This document shows, piece after piece, positions 52,882-54,007 of a DNA stretch of 54,007 bases. The notes beneath the pieces were generated by a model. The model saw nothing but the letters and a program-made list of their open reading frames with translations. It ran no database searches and had not been told where the DNA came from. The first letter of the stretch is position 1; each line of letters begins with the position of its first letter. A program made the position numbers and the translations under genes. The stretch comes from a virus (Duplodnaviria > Caudoviricetes): the IMG/VR virus record IMGVR_UViG_3300046011_010503, positions 1-54,007 of that record; one strand, given 5' to 3'.

Positions 52882-53595
52882 AGGTGCTGTATGGCAAATT
52901 TCCATAGTGTTCTGCGCGGGGCTGTATTGCGCCCAGGACGGGCGCTCTTTGAATTGCTTTATGAACAGCCACTTGCGAGACCTATTAACCCATACGCCAC
53001 CCATGCCTTTTGTCTTTCCGCGCTGCTTGACTACGCCATCGACAACGTAGTCTTTCTTTGCCGCAGTCATTCCGAGTGCCGTGAATCCACTGGCCTTGTA
53101 TATCGTACCGCAATGACCGTCGCTATCGTCAGCGTATGTCACGATTCCCTTTACGTATGCCATTTTCTGCAACAACCGAATAGTAACTCCGATCATTCTG
53201 CTTTCTGAATTTCTTGGGCACTCGTCTTTCAACACCAACCTCTTGATTTCCCACCACAGAGCTTGAGTGTTTCGATTCCAGTACCCTTTCAAGTCGGTCG
53301 CGTTTGGCGTGCCGTAAGAAATAGCGCCGACAAGGTGGCCATCGAAAAAAGCTCCAAACGACAGAGTGGCGAGAAATCCTTGGTCGCCAAGATAGTGCCA
53401 CTTACGATACGCAAGCGCGGCACAGGAAGAATTAACAACCTTAAAAACAAGGTGGAGCGGAGAGGTCGGAGTCAAACCGCCATCTGTCTCTTGGAATAGA
53501 GACTGTGCTATCGCTGCACCATCTCCGCATGTATTTGTTTTCGGCGCACGACGCTCCGTGTCTTGCCCCGCGCCTATAATTTCATAATTTGCCAT
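52846..53595 (-). CDS. Cassette C gene: Mom-like GNAT-fold DNA modification protein
   Basis: GG.TPTSPL, WHYLG, EIKRL...PRNSES, VTYAD...H.GTIYKASGF; start re-set to 53595, inside the cassette boundary. Confidence 0.8.
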   Translation of the reverse strand: MANYEIIGAGQDTERRAPKTNTCGDGAAIAQSLFQETDGGLTPTSPLHLVFKVVNSSCAALAYRKWHYLGDQGFLATLSFGAFFDGHLVGAISYGTPNATDLKGYWNRNTQALWWEIKRLVLKDECPRNSESRMIGVTIRLLQKMAYVKGIVTYADDSDGHCGTIYKASGFTALGMTAAKKDYVVDGVVKQRGKTKGMGGVWVNRSRKWLFIKQFKERPSWAQYSPAQNTMEICHTAPNSASMQIALDL

Positions 53596-53604
53596 ATTGC
53601 ACCT

Positions 53605-53652
53605 AACGTCCGGCACACGCCGGATGCCTACTGGTTTACGGCTGTGCCTGTT
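53605..53652. repeat. attC-like site 4
   Basis: AAC gtcc GGCACA c GCCG-16 nt-CGGC TGTGCC t GTT. Confidence 0.8.
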
Positions 53653-53870
53653 GTTTGCAGTTGGCAGCGACTCCGCAGCTTCCTTTCCGCAGCCCAACCA
53701 CGGCAACATTCCGCACTACAGAATGAGTTTGAGTGTGTGTGCGGCTTGCCACAACGAAGGCACTTCCGCTCTGATTTTATATAATCCATAGACCGGTCTC
53801 TTGGCCCGCTGCCCCAAGGAAAGCTACCCAACATTGACGCTAAGAAAGCCGCCCCTATTAAACCACGCAT
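53628..53870 (-). CDS. Cassette D gene: small protein with CxxC...FCSxxC zinc finger
   Basis: CLRCGK...FCSAEC; AAGGA RBS. Confidence 0.6.
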   Translation of the reverse strand: MRGLIGAAFLASMLGSFPWGSGPRDRSMDYIKSERKCLRCGKPHTHSNSFCSAECCRGWAAERKLRSRCQLQTTGTAVNQ

Positions 53871-54007
53871 CAGAACTTCCTTTCTTGGCTGCGGAACTAT
53901 AATGGCGCTCTCGCTGCCAATTGAAAACAACGTTTGATAAACTGGTGCTGTAAAATGAGGCGTCCAGCCGGAGAGCCGAAGCTCTGGTCCGTGTAAACTC
54001 CCTCGTT

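Larger units (their letters stand above)
52120..54007. mobile_element. Integron-like gene cassette array (at least 4 cassettes; may continue past the window edge)
   Basis: Three complete attC-like hairpins plus two partial sites, each between single genes; each gene bounded by its own GTT...AAC inverted repeats. Confidence 0.75.

Noticed and set aside
52120-54007. CRISPR array, REP elements or simple terminators as the explanation for the repeats
   Set aside because: The units share structure rather than sequence, are separated by whole genes, and lack U-tracts.
1-54007. Diversity-generating retroelement, retron or integrase
   Set aside because: No reverse transcriptase motif, TR/VR pair or tyrosine/serine recombinase was recognised in the window.

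Overview
A 54 kb segment of a tailed dsDNA phage or prophage with a podovirus-like (P22/N4-type) gene layout, almost all on the minus strand. In transcription order (right to left) it carries: small early genes, including a Mom-like acetyltransferase, in an integron-like cassette array (52.1-54.0 kb); two PD-(D/E)xK-type nucleases; a short divergent plus-strand operon with an HTH gene; terminase small and large subunits; a 7 kb glycosyltransferase/radical SAM/methyltransferase/ThyX/MazG-like block; a structured leader RNA with terminator; Com-like, portal, scaffold and major capsid genes; tail genes; three putative ejection proteins; a 4341-aa polyvalent protein (SLT, GGDEF, adenine MTase, two ART-like domains, zincin); small membrane genes; and two signal-peptide-bearing carbohydrate-active proteins, one running off the left edge and missing from the ORF track. 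The most striking unexplained structure is the cassette array. Four genes are each bracketed by their own ~22-bp inverted repeats (GTT...AAC) and separated by attC-like hairpins that share an unusual geometry but not sequence. No integrase, polymerase, tRNA or CRISPR array was seen. All family assignments come from motif recognition by eye, not database searches.
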